A stretch of DNA of 64,000 bases from Candidatus Latescibacterota bacterium. GTDB taxonomy: Bacteria; Krumholzibacteriota; Krumholzibacteriia; WVZY01; JAKEHA01. The stretch's first letter is position 1, and each line of letters begins with the position of its first letter. The notes under the pieces are model-generated. The model did no database searches and was not told the origin of the DNA. It saw only the letters and a list, made by a program, of their open reading frames with translations. The DNA lies in NCBI GenBank assembly GCA_963761125.1, contig CAVXFV010000002.1:207963-271962 (forward strand). The letters run 5' to 3'. Below are positions 39,275-48,375 of the stretch, piece by piece. A program made the translations under genes and the position numbers.

Positions 39275-40083
39275 CGGTCGCTGCTCGACAGGGGGAGCGT
39301 GACGTGCACCGTGGTGCCCTTACCGGGTTCGCTGCGAATTGAGATTTCTCCCCCACACATGTCGACCAGACTGCGGACGAGGGTCAGTCCCAGGCCCGTG
39401 CCGTCCATCCGGGTGTCGTCCAGCCGTACGAACGGCCGGAAGATGCGCTTGATATCGTCCTGCCCGACGCCTTCGCCCTCGTCGGTCACCCGGATGCGCA
39501 GAAGCTCTCCGTCCGCGGCGCCGCGCTTCTCGCGCGCCGTTTCTACCTCGAGTCGCACGGGTTTGTCCTGCGGCGAATAAGCCAGCGCGTTTTCCAGAAG
39601 ATTGATCACGATCAGCTTGAGCGCGTTTCGATTCAGCATCGCCGCGGGAATGTTTCCGTCGTTCGATGTCTTCAGCCGCCTGCGCGCGCCGAGATCCTCG
39701 GGAAGTTGTCCGGCAGCTTCTTCGATGACACGGGACACGTCCACCGGCCCCACCTTCGGTTCGCCCGTTCCGCCGTCCACCTTGAGCAGGTCCAGGTAGA
39801 ACGCGTTGAGTTCGACCAGCAGATCCGCCTCGGCGCGCGCCTTGTCGATGTACGCGACGAGTTCCTTCGCGCCCGCCTTCTCCGCGTCCTCGCGGGCCAA
39901 CTCGAGGTATCCGCAGATGGCGGTCGTCGGGCGTTTCAGCTCGTGTCCCATCACCAGGCGCGTCGACGCGATGATGCGGCGATAGCGTTCCAGCCGGATG
40001 CGCAACTCGTTGGCCTCGATACGGGCCTCGTTGAGCAATGCTTCGACGGTCGCGGTCTTGTCATCTGCCGTGCGAATGTCCAT
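39250..40083 (-). CDS. soluble histidine kinase (coiled-coil, HisKA, HATPase)
   Basis: It has the H-box MGHELKRPTTAI, the N-box INLLENALAY and G-boxes DEGEGVG and GTGLGLTLV. No TM segment is evident. Confidence 0.85.
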   Translation of the reverse strand: MDIRTADDKTATVEALLNEARIEANELRIRLERYRRIIASTRLVMGHELKRPTTAICGYLELAREDAEKAGAKELVAYIDKARAEADLLVELNAFYLDLLKVDGGTGEPKVGPVDVSRVIEEAAGQLPEDLGARRRLKTSNDGNIPAAMLNRNALKLIVINLLENALAYSPQDKPVRLEVETAREKRGAADGELLRIRVTDEGEGVGQDDIKRIFRPFVRLDDTRMDGTGLGLTLVRSLVDMCGGEISIRSEPGKGTTVHVTLPLSSSDRWAGVVLP

Positions 40084-40093
40084 TGGTGTTCCC

Positions 40094-41068
40094 CTATTTC
40101 TGCCGGGTCATGTGGCCCGGAATGTCCTGACGCCGTTCTTTGACGACCACACTTCCCTCGATCCGCTTCCCATAATCCTTGAGGCTCGTGGCGATATCGT
40201 TCACTTCGGCGAAGTGCTCGATCTGATTGTCCGTGCTCTTGACCAGCGCGATGGTCACCGACATCACCGGGATGCGCTTGAGTTCGCCCTGGCGATCCCG
40301 GATCTCCAGATACCCGCGCTTGACGTCTTCCGGGTTGAGCAGGAGAAGCGCGCCCTTGTCGAACTCGTCGATCACGTACTGCGCCATGATCTCCGCGCGC
40401 GACGGCGACACCACCATCACGAAGTCGTCGCCGCCGATGTGCCCTACGAAATCGTCGGGGCCGCCGAGTTTCTGAACCGTGCGACGCAGAATGTCGGCCA
40501 TGAACTCGATGATCTCGTCGCCCTTCTGGTAGCCGTAGTAGTCGTTGAAGCCCTTGAAATTGTCGATGTCGAGGTACAGAAACGCGTACGGCGTCTTCTG
40601 CGCGACGCGCGCGATCATTTCGCGTTCGATCGCGGTGTTGCCCGGGAACCCGGTGAGCGGGTTGGCTTCCTTCTGGCGGATGTTCCACTCGAGCACGTTG
40701 CGCACACGCAGGAGCAACTCTTCGTTGGAGTACGGTTTTACCAGGTAGTCGTTGGCGCCGCCTTCGAGGCCGGCCACGCGATCGCGCTGCTCGCCGCGGG
40801 CGGAGAGCATGATCACCGGGATCTGGTTCAACGTGAAATCCTGTCGCATTTTGCGACAAACCTCATAGCCGTCTATCTTCGGCATCATCACGTCGAGCAG
40901 CACGAGACTCGGCTTGATTTCCGCCGCGCGCATCAGCGCTTCCTCGCCGTCCGAAGCCGTGAACACCGAATACCCCGCTCGCTCCAGAGTGAAGCGCAGG
41001 ATCTGCCGGATGTGTGGCTCGTCGTCGGCGACGAGGATGCGGTAGGTCGAGTTGTCTGGTGCTTGCAT
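40094..41068 (-). CDS. response regulator with GGDEF-type output domain (motif GGDDF)
   Basis: I chose the start ATG 41068 because a GAGG lies 5 nt upstream. The REC domain reads ILVADDE...LVLLDVMMPKIDG...DYLVKPY. The GGDEF-like domain reads LTGFPGNTAI...YLDIDNFKGFNDYYGYQKGDEII...HIGGDDFVMVV. Confidence 0.9.
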   Translation of the reverse strand: MQAPDNSTYRILVADDEPHIRQILRFTLERAGYSVFTASDGEEALMRAAEIKPSLVLLDVMMPKIDGYEVCRKMRQDFTLNQIPVIMLSARGEQRDRVAGLEGGANDYLVKPYSNEELLLRVRNVLEWNIRQKEANPLTGFPGNTAIEREMIARVAQKTPYAFLYLDIDNFKGFNDYYGYQKGDEIIEFMADILRRTVQKLGGPDDFVGHIGGDDFVMVVSPSRAEIMAQYVIDEFDKGALLLLNPEDVKRGYLEIRDRQGELKRIPVMSVTIALVKSTDNQIEHFAEVNDIATSLKDYGKRIEGSVVVKERRQDIPGHMTRQK

Positions 41069-41292
41069 ATCGCCTCGAACGTGAACTCCGAACGACACTT
41101 AACGCGATCCCAACGGGCAAGGAGCATGCCAAGGGTCACGCCGCGACGCGGAGCGCGCGGGCGGTTGAATCCACACTGCGTTTGCACGAACCGCGCCGGG
41201 GAATTGCGTGTGCAACGACGCGCAGCGACGCGCCTCGACGAGGCATCACCAGGAACGATGAGGAACGGAAACGCCGCGCGCGGAGACGCGCG

Positions 41293-41697
41293 TCAGCTCT
41301 GCAACTGGCGGCGACGTCCCAGGAACGCGAAAGCGAGCAGCGCGATCGTCGCCGCCGCGAAGGACAAGGGTGCGCCATTTTCGACGCCCCGCGGGGTCGC
41401 CCCCATGAAGTCGAATCCGGGCGCGTGCTGGATCAGCGCGTACCACATCAACGTGTAGAGCGCCTCGAAGAACTTGCTCGACCCCGTCCAGATGCCGAGT
41501 GCCAGCGACAACGCAGGCACGAACGCCGCGCCGACCACCCACCCGAGCAACGCGCCGGTTTCACCGGCCATCATGAGGCGAAGCGCGATGGGGCCCGCGG
41601 CGATCACACTCACGCCGACTCCCGCAAGCCAGGTCGCGGGGAGCTGGCGGGTGAGCGCTCGCGGCGCCGAAAAGAACAGCGGCGCGGTTCCATGACG
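41293..41697 (-). CDS. C-terminal fragment of ABC-2-like permease
   Basis: From ...RHGTAPLFFSAPRALTRQLPATWLAGVGVSVIAAGPIALRLMMAG... ORF 41293..41751 is hydrophobic and continues the upstream permease after a 1-nt frame change. Confidence 0.7.
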   Translation of the reverse strand, partial: RHGTAPLFFSAPRALTRQLPATWLAGVGVSVIAAGPIALRLMMAGETGALLGWVVGAAFVPALSLALGIWTGSSKFFEALYTLMWYALIQHAPGFDFMGATPRGVENGAPLSFAAATIALLAFAFLGRRRQLQS

Positions 41698-41698
41698 G

Positions 41699-42919
41699 AA
41701 TCTCGCGCGTGCCCAGACGCGACCACAGCAGGACGGGCCACAACCACGCAAACGGCAGCACGGGAAACCGAAGGGTGGCCACGGGCATGAAGATCGACAT
41801 GATGGCGATGGCCAGCGGGCCGAGATACCACGCGCGCAGGCCGCGGGTCAGCAGCTTCCACTCGGCAACGATCATCGCGCCCGGTCGCGCGCGGCGTGCC
41901 GCTGCGTCGAGGGGGGTCAGATGGACGTCAGGGGCGACGCGCGCGGTTTCGATCGCCGGCGGACCCTCGCTTGCGGGCGCCCCGCGACGGAACCGGCGGC
42001 GCCGACGCCGGCGGCTCACGCGCCCGAAGGTCGCGGCCGAGTCGAAGCGATCGAATGGAATCGCCGCGACGGCGGCGATTCCGAGGCCCACCGCCATCCA
42101 CATCGACCGCCACTCCACCATCTTCATCGTCCACGGAATGCCGTCCCACCGGAACGTCGACAGGGTCCACGTCCCGGCTTCGCGGATGTTGATCCCCATC
42201 GACATCGACGGATGCGCGGGGTCGAAGGTCGGATACGCATGAAAACACGCCGCGATGATGCTCGGCCACGCGACGCCAATGCCGATGACGTCGTTTTGCG
42301 GGCCGTTATATCCGCCGAAGTTGAATCCATTTCCGAGGAGCCCGCCCCAAGCGACCACGTAGAGCACGTTGCCGAGTCCGCCCCGCAGGCCGGGGATGGT
42401 CTCGAACACCACGGCCAGGCCGGCCGTCACCATCATCGCCGGAAGCGTCAGCAGAACGAACGGCGAGAGCAGCGCCCATGGATGAATCGCCGAGTCCTCG
42501 GCGCGCATGAGTTGCATGCCGAACGCGGCGACGGCGACGACGCACGTCATCGCGGCAAGCACCGAGAAATTGCTCAACGCTTTGCCGACGGTGTACTGCA
42601 CTTTCGACACCGGCGTGGCCGCCAGAATCTGGCCGACACCGCTCCGGCGATCGCGGTCGATGGTGTTCTTGACCAGATAGAAACCGATCAACGACAGAAA
42701 CGCGGCGGTGAGCAACGCCAGCGTGGTTCCGATCCACGCGGAATTGTAGACGCCGCGGTAATCTTCGACGCGGAGCGTCACGTACCGGCTCGTCTGTGGC
42801 GGAACGAACGCATAGCCGGCGCACACGCACGCGACGAGCGTGATCAGGAATCCGTAGCGCCGAACGCGCTCCAGGAAATCCGCGCGCGCCAGATGATACA
42901 GCCGGCGCGCGACGATCAT
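41699..42919 (-). CDS. large ABC-2-like transporter permease, N-terminal fragment
   Basis: ORF 41561..43120 trimmed to the ATG at 42919 (MIVARRLYHLARADFLERVRRYGFLITLV...), which forms an ATGA overlap with the ATPase stop. It is polytopic. The frame loses its hydrophobic character after ~41699. Confidence 0.75.
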
Positions 42920-43800
42920 GCGGGGACGGCCTCGCGGGCGGGCGCGATGTGGAGCAGATACGCGTCTTCGAGCGTGGGGCCGACGGTCTGCGCGGCGGGC
43001 GCGGGGCGCTCGTCGGCGACGGCGCGAACGCGGACACCGTCGCTTCGGCGCAACGTTCCGCTGACGCGATAGCGCTTCTTGACGTCGGCGAGTTCCGCGC
43101 TGGTCACGATCCACTCCCACACTTTCCCCTCGACCGATCGCAACAACTCCTCGGGCGCGGCGCTGGCGACCAGCCGCCCGCGATTGATCAGCGCGATGCG
43201 CGTGGCCGTGGCTTCGACGTCGGAAACGATGTGGGTGGAGAGAATCACGATGCGCTCGCCGGACAGTTCCGAGAGCAGATTACGAAAGCGCACGCGTTCC
43301 TCGGGGTCGAGGCCCGCGGTCGGTTCGTCGACGATCAAGAGTTCGGGGTCGTTGAGAAGCGCCTGCGCGATCCCGACGCGCTGGCGCATTCCACCCGAGA
43401 AGCCGCCGAGCGGGCGCCTGCGCACATCGCTCAGATTGACGACCAGGAGCAACTCGTCGATCCGCTTGCGCGCCGCGCGCGCGTCGACGCCCTTCGCCGC
43501 CGCGACGTATTCTAGAAACTCCTGCGCCGAGAGATTCGGATAGATGCCGAAGTCCTGCGGCAAATATCCGAGGACGTTCCGGACCGCGTCGGGCGACCGC
43601 CGCACGTCGGTGCCGTTCCACAACACGCGACCGCTCGTCGGACGCGTGATCGTGGCGAGGATGCGCATCAGCGTGGACTTGCCAGCGCCGTTGGGGCCGA
43701 GCAAACCCAGGACGCCGGGAGCGAGGTCGAGCGAAAAGTCGTCGAGGCCGCGCACACCGCCCCGGTACGTCTTGCCCACGCGTTCGATGGAAAGCTTCAT
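42916..43800 (-). CDS. ABC transporter ATP-binding protein
   Basis: ORF 42916..43977 trimmed to the ATG at 43800 (MKLSIERVGKTY). It has Walker A GPNGAGKST, signature FSGGMRQRV and Walker B LLIVDEPTAGLD. Confidence 0.9.
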   Translation of the reverse strand: MKLSIERVGKTYRGGVRGLDDFSLDLAPGVLGLLGPNGAGKSTLMRILATITRPTSGRVLWNGTDVRRSPDAVRNVLGYLPQDFGIYPNLSAQEFLEYVAAAKGVDARAARKRIDELLLVVNLSDVRRRPLGGFSGGMRQRVGIAQALLNDPELLIVDEPTAGLDPEERVRFRNLLSELSGERIVILSTHIVSDVEATATRIALINRGRLVASAAPEELLRSVEGKVWEWIVTSAELADVKKRYRVSGTLRRSDGVRVRAVADERPAPAAQTVGPTLEDAYLLHIAPAREAVPA

Positions 43801-43814
43801 GGGGCGACGGCCGC

Positions 43815-44822
43815 CTATCCCCAGGACGCGATCGCGCCGCGGGTGAAGACGTCGAGCGACGATCCGTCGTCGCGACCGGCGGCGATGAGCAACTCGGCGG
43901 TACGCGCCACCATCGCGCCGTTGTCGGTGCAGTACTCGAGCGGCGGCGCGTGATAGGCGCTGCCGGCGGATTCGCACGCGGCGCGCATCGTCGCGCGCAA
44001 GGGCCCGTTGGCGGCAACACCGCCGGCGAGGTACACGTCGCGCACCGAGTACGCGCTCGCGCAGGCGACGGTGCGATCGACGAGCACGTCGACGATGGCG
44101 GCCTGCGCCGACGCCGCGACGTCGGCGACGTCACGCTCCGTGAGTTCGCCCCGCGTGTCCACGTACTGTCGTACCGCGGTCTTCAATCCGGAGAAGGAAA
44201 AATCGAAACCGCCCTTGCCGAGCATCGCGCGCGGAAACGCGATGGCATTCGCATCGCCGGCCTCCGCCGCGCGCTGCACCGGCGGTCCGCCCGGGAAACC
44301 GAGCCCGAGCAACTTGGCGATCTTGTCGAACGCTTCGCCCGCGGCGTCGTCGCGCGTGCTGCCCACGAGTTCGTACACGCCGGGGCGCTCGACGTGATAG
44401 AGCGACGTGTGGCCGCCCGACACCACCAGCACGATGCCGGGATACCGCATCGGTTCGCCGGAGAGTTCGTTGGACAACACGTGCGCTTCGATATGGTGCA
44501 CGCCGACTACCGGAATGCCGAGACCCATCGCGAGCGACTTGGCGAACCCGACGCCCACCAGCAGCGATCCCACCAGCCCCGGTCCGTTGCTCACGCCGAT
44601 GCCGCCGAGGTCGGGTCCGGCGACGCCGGCGCGCTCGAGCAACGCGTCGTAGACCGGAAGCAGCGCGCGCATGTGCTGGCGCGACGCGATCTCCGGCACG
44701 ATGCCGCCGTATTCTTCGTGAATCAACTGACCCGCGGTCAGGTTGGCGATGACACCGCGATCACGCGAATAGAGCGCGAGCGACGTATCGTCGCACGACG
44801 TTTCGATTCCGAGAACGATCAT
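43815..44822 (-). CDS. tsaD: tRNA N6-adenosine threonylcarbamoyltransferase
   Basis: It reads MIVLGIETSCDDTS, with the metal-binding VHHIEAH. Confidence 0.95.
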   Translation of the reverse strand: MIVLGIETSCDDTSLALYSRDRGVIANLTAGQLIHEEYGGIVPEIASRQHMRALLPVYDALLERAGVAGPDLGGIGVSNGPGLVGSLLVGVGFAKSLAMGLGIPVVGVHHIEAHVLSNELSGEPMRYPGIVLVVSGGHTSLYHVERPGVYELVGSTRDDAAGEAFDKIAKLLGLGFPGGPPVQRAAEAGDANAIAFPRAMLGKGGFDFSFSGLKTAVRQYVDTRGELTERDVADVAASAQAAIVDVLVDRTVACASAYSVRDVYLAGGVAANGPLRATMRAACESAGSAYHAPPLEYCTDNGAMVARTAELLIAAGRDDGSSLDVFTRGAIASWG

Positions 44823-44836
44823 GGGAACAAGCGAGG

Positions 44837-45238
<402 letters not shown>

Positions 45239-45300
45239 TTAGTGTGGTGCAAGAGCTTACGCAAGTGGTATGTTGGCGTCGAGTCGTCCCTCCCACCACC

Positions 45301-48300
45301 ATGTCCGAGCACGTTCACCAGAAGCTTCGCGCCCTCGTGGAGGATATCCACGAGGCCATGATGCGCGCGCTCGTCGACGCGCCCGCGACCGACGCGGCGC
45401 CGGTTCCGGAGTCGCTGGAGAAGCGACTCGCCGGGTACGGGTTCGACGGGAGCCCGGAAACGGCGGCCAGCGTCCACGGTGTCTGCGTACGCATGCTCGC
45501 CGCCGACCTCGCCGACACCGACGCCGTCACTATCCTCGAAGCGTGCCTGCGCAGCCCCTCTCCCGACGCGGCCGTTCGCAATCTCGAGCGCTACCTCGAA
45601 AGCGCCGGCAGCGCGTCGGTCTTCCTGCGAACGATGATCTCCGCGCCACCCGTGCTGCACCTGGTCACCACCGTGTTCGGCGCGAGCCAGCACATGGCGG
45701 ACATCCTCGTGCGCCAGCCGGGCTTCGTGTACTGGCTGATGGAACAGCAGACGTGGGACTCGCCCGACGACGTCGATAGCTATTCGGCATGGCTCGACCG
45801 CGAAGTCGCGTCGTTCCGTACGATCGAAGGCAAGCTCAACGCCGTGCGCCGCACGCAGCGGCAGGCGCTGCTCAAGATCGGCGTCCTCGACATGGTCAGC
45901 GGTGCACCGATCGAAGAGGTGACGCGCCGATTGAGCGACCTCGCCGACGCGTGCGCGGAAACGGTTCTGGATCTCGTGTTCGAAGAGATCGACGTCGACG
46001 ACACGATTCCGCGCGTCCTCGCCGTCATCGCGATGGGAAAGCTGGGCGGCCGCGAACTCAACTACAGCAGCGATATCGATCTCATCTTCGTCTCCGGCGA
46101 GTGCGACGACGAGACCATGCGCAGCTACACCCGAGTCGCGCGCCGGTTCACCGACGCGATGTCGGCGCTGACCGAAGACGGCTACCTCTATCGCGTCGAC
46201 CTGCGCCTGCGGCCCGACGGCAAGGCGGGGCCGCTGGTGAATTCCGAGACGTCGCTGCATCTCTACTACGAACACCGCGGGCGCCCGTGGGAATTCCAGG
46301 CGCTGCTCAAGGCGCGGACGATCGCGGGCGATCTCGACCTGGGTGCGCGCGTGCTCGACGCGATCGGCAAGCTCATCTACAACCCCGCGCTCCCGTACTC
46401 GCCGCTGGAGGCCGTGTCGGCGATGCGCATGCAGATCAAGGACCACATCCGCGCCGACCAGAAAGGCCACAACATCAAGCTCATGGCCGGGGGGATCCGC
46501 GACATCGAGTTCGTCGCGCAGGCGCTGCAGATCATGCACGCGCCGCATCATCCCGAACTGCGCACACCGAATACGGTAGCGGCGCTGTCGCGATTGCGTC
46601 AGATCGAGTTGCTCAAGGAGTGGGACGCGGACAACCTCGCCGCGGCGTACCGGTTCTTCCGTCTCGTCGAACACCGCCTGCAGATGATGCATCAGTTGCA
46701 GACGCACACGCTGCCCGCGTCCGACGAGGAGATCGAACTGCTCGCGCGACGCGTATCGAACGGCCCGCTGGGCGCATTCACCAGTTCGTCGTTCGTGGAG
46801 ACGCTGTCGAAGCACCTCAACAACGTGCGCACCTTCGCCGACAGCTTCTTCGCCGGCGAGACGGTCCACCCCCATTCGGTGCTGCTGATGCTCCCGGAAG
46901 ACAGCGAGCGCGCCGTCGGCGTGCTCTGGCAATATGGCATCCGCGACGTTCCGCGGGCGATGCGGACCCTGCACGCGATGGCGTACGGGTCGTTTCCGCG
47001 GTTGCTCGATCGCCGTGCGCGCGCGGCGTTCGAGACGCTGCTGCCCCTCCTTCTGGAGGACATCGCCGTCACCGCCGAACCCGACACCACGCTGGTGCGC
47101 GTCGCCCAGATCGCCGCGGCGGAGAAGAGCGAATCGGCGTTCTATGATGTGCTCGCGCAGTCCGCGGCGGTCCGGCGGCTCGTCGTCACCGGGATCGCCG
47201 GCATGTCGTCCTTGCTGACCCGCGAGCTGTGTTCGCAGATCGGCGTACTCGACGCGTTGATCGAAGGCGAAAACGCGGGCGCCGATATGACGGGCGAGAT
47301 ACTCGCCACGATCGCGGAGTGGGATCGCTTCTCCGCGCGCGACGCCGCCACGCGCGGACCGCGCGCCGAGGAACGTCGCGAGCGCCAGCGGCGCTGGTTC
47401 GAGCGCCTGCGCATCCACACCTTCGCGGAGTGCTTTCACGACCACTTTTCGTCCGGTCCTCTGGGGGCGACCGGGGAGGCCGTCCGCGCGGCCGCCGCAA
47501 AACAACAACTGGCGATCGCCTTCGACGAGATGGTGCCCGAACGAGACCACGTCGCCGTCTTCGCGCTGGGATCGTACGGCGTCGGCGAACCGCGCATCGG
47601 AAGCGACCTCGACCTCATCGTCGTCTCGGACGGCGTCGATCTTTCGGACCTGACGCAGCGCGTACAGGCCATCAATCAATGGTTCAGCGACGGGCGCATT
47701 CTCAAACTCGACTTTCGCCTGCGCGCCGAAGGAGCCAGTTCGCCGTTGGTGCAGGACCTGGCGTTCTACGAGACATATTTTCAAACGCGCGCGTCCCTCT
47801 GGGAGCGCGTCGCCTTCGCCAAGTGTTCCGCCTGGTGGGGCGGCGAGCCGGCACGACGGGCGTTTCTACGCAAGCTACGTACATTCGCGGTGCGCCCGTT
47901 CGCCGCCGAGGAGGTCGCCGACCTCGCCGCCATGCGCGCGCGCGTCGAAAGGCTGGCGCCGAGACGATTCGTCGAGTGGGACGTCAAGCGCTCCGCCGGC
48001 GGGCGCTACGACATCGAATACATCACCGCGGTGGGGCTTGCCGCCACGGCCGCCGATCGCGTCGACTACTTCACCATGGGAACGCACGACCGTGTGAATG
48101 CGCTCGTGGGCACCGGATTTCTCACCGGCGACGAGGGGACGGCGCTTCGTGATGCGCTCGATCTCTTCAACTTGATCGGACACGTGATGGAGTTGCAGGA
48201 AATGGCGCATCCGGGGACCGAGGGAAAGGCGACGCTGCTTGCCCGAACCGCCGACCGCATACTGGAGATGACGACCGGATCGCCGCAATCGAGCCGCGAC

Positions 48301-48366
48301 ATGCTCGCCGCGTCGAAGGCGGCCGTGCGCGCCTGCTACCGGCGCACGGTCACGGCGACGTCCTGA
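45301..48366 (+). CDS. glnE: bifunctional glutamine synthetase adenylyltransferase / adenylyl-removing enzyme
   Basis: It starts at ATG 45301 (MSEHVHQKL). It has two nucleotidyltransferase cores (GKLGGRELNYSSDIDLIFV and GSYGVGEPRIGSDLDLIVV). Confidence 0.9.
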   Translation: MSEHVHQKLRALVEDIHEAMMRALVDAPATDAAPVPESLEKRLAGYGFDGSPETAASVHGVCVRMLAADLADTDAVTILEACLRSPSPDAAVRNLERYLESAGSASVFLRTMISAPPVLHLVTTVFGASQHMADILVRQPGFVYWLMEQQTWDSPDDVDSYSAWLDREVASFRTIEGKLNAVRRTQRQALLKIGVLDMVSGAPIEEVTRRLSDLADACAETVLDLVFEEIDVDDTIPRVLAVIAMGKLGGRELNYSSDIDLIFVSGECDDETMRSYTRVARRFTDAMSALTEDGYLYRVDLRLRPDGKAGPLVNSETSLHLYYEHRGRPWEFQALLKARTIAGDLDLGARVLDAIGKLIYNPALPYSPLEAVSAMRMQIKDHIRADQKGHNIKLMAGGIRDIEFVAQALQIMHAPHHPELRTPNTVAALSRLRQIELLKEWDADNLAAAYRFFRLVEHRLQMMHQLQTHTLPASDEEIELLARRVSNGPLGAFTSSSFVETLSKHLNNVRTFADSFFAGETVHPHSVLLMLPEDSERAVGVLWQYGIRDVPRAMRTLHAMAYGSFPRLLDRRARAAFETLLPLLLEDIAVTAEPDTTLVRVAQIAAAEKSESAFYDVLAQSAAVRRLVVTGIAGMSSLLTRELCSQIGVLDALIEGENAGADMTGEILATIAEWDRFSARDAATRGPRAEERRERQRRWFERLRIHTFAECFHDHFSSGPLGATGEAVRAAAAKQQLAIAFDEMVPERDHVAVFALGSYGVGEPRIGSDLDLIVVSDGVDLSDLTQRVQAINQWFSDGRILKLDFRLRAEGASSPLVQDLAFYETYFQTRASLWERVAFAKCSAWWGGEPARRAFLRKLRTFAVRPFAAEEVADLAAMRARVERLAPRRFVEWDVKRSAGGRYDIEYITAVGLAATAADRVDYFTMGTHDRVNALVGTGFLTGDEGTALRDALDLFNLIGHVMELQEMAHPGTEGKATLLARTADRILEMTTGSPQSSRDMLAASKAAVRACYRRTVTATS

Positions 48367-48375
48367 CCGCGGCGT

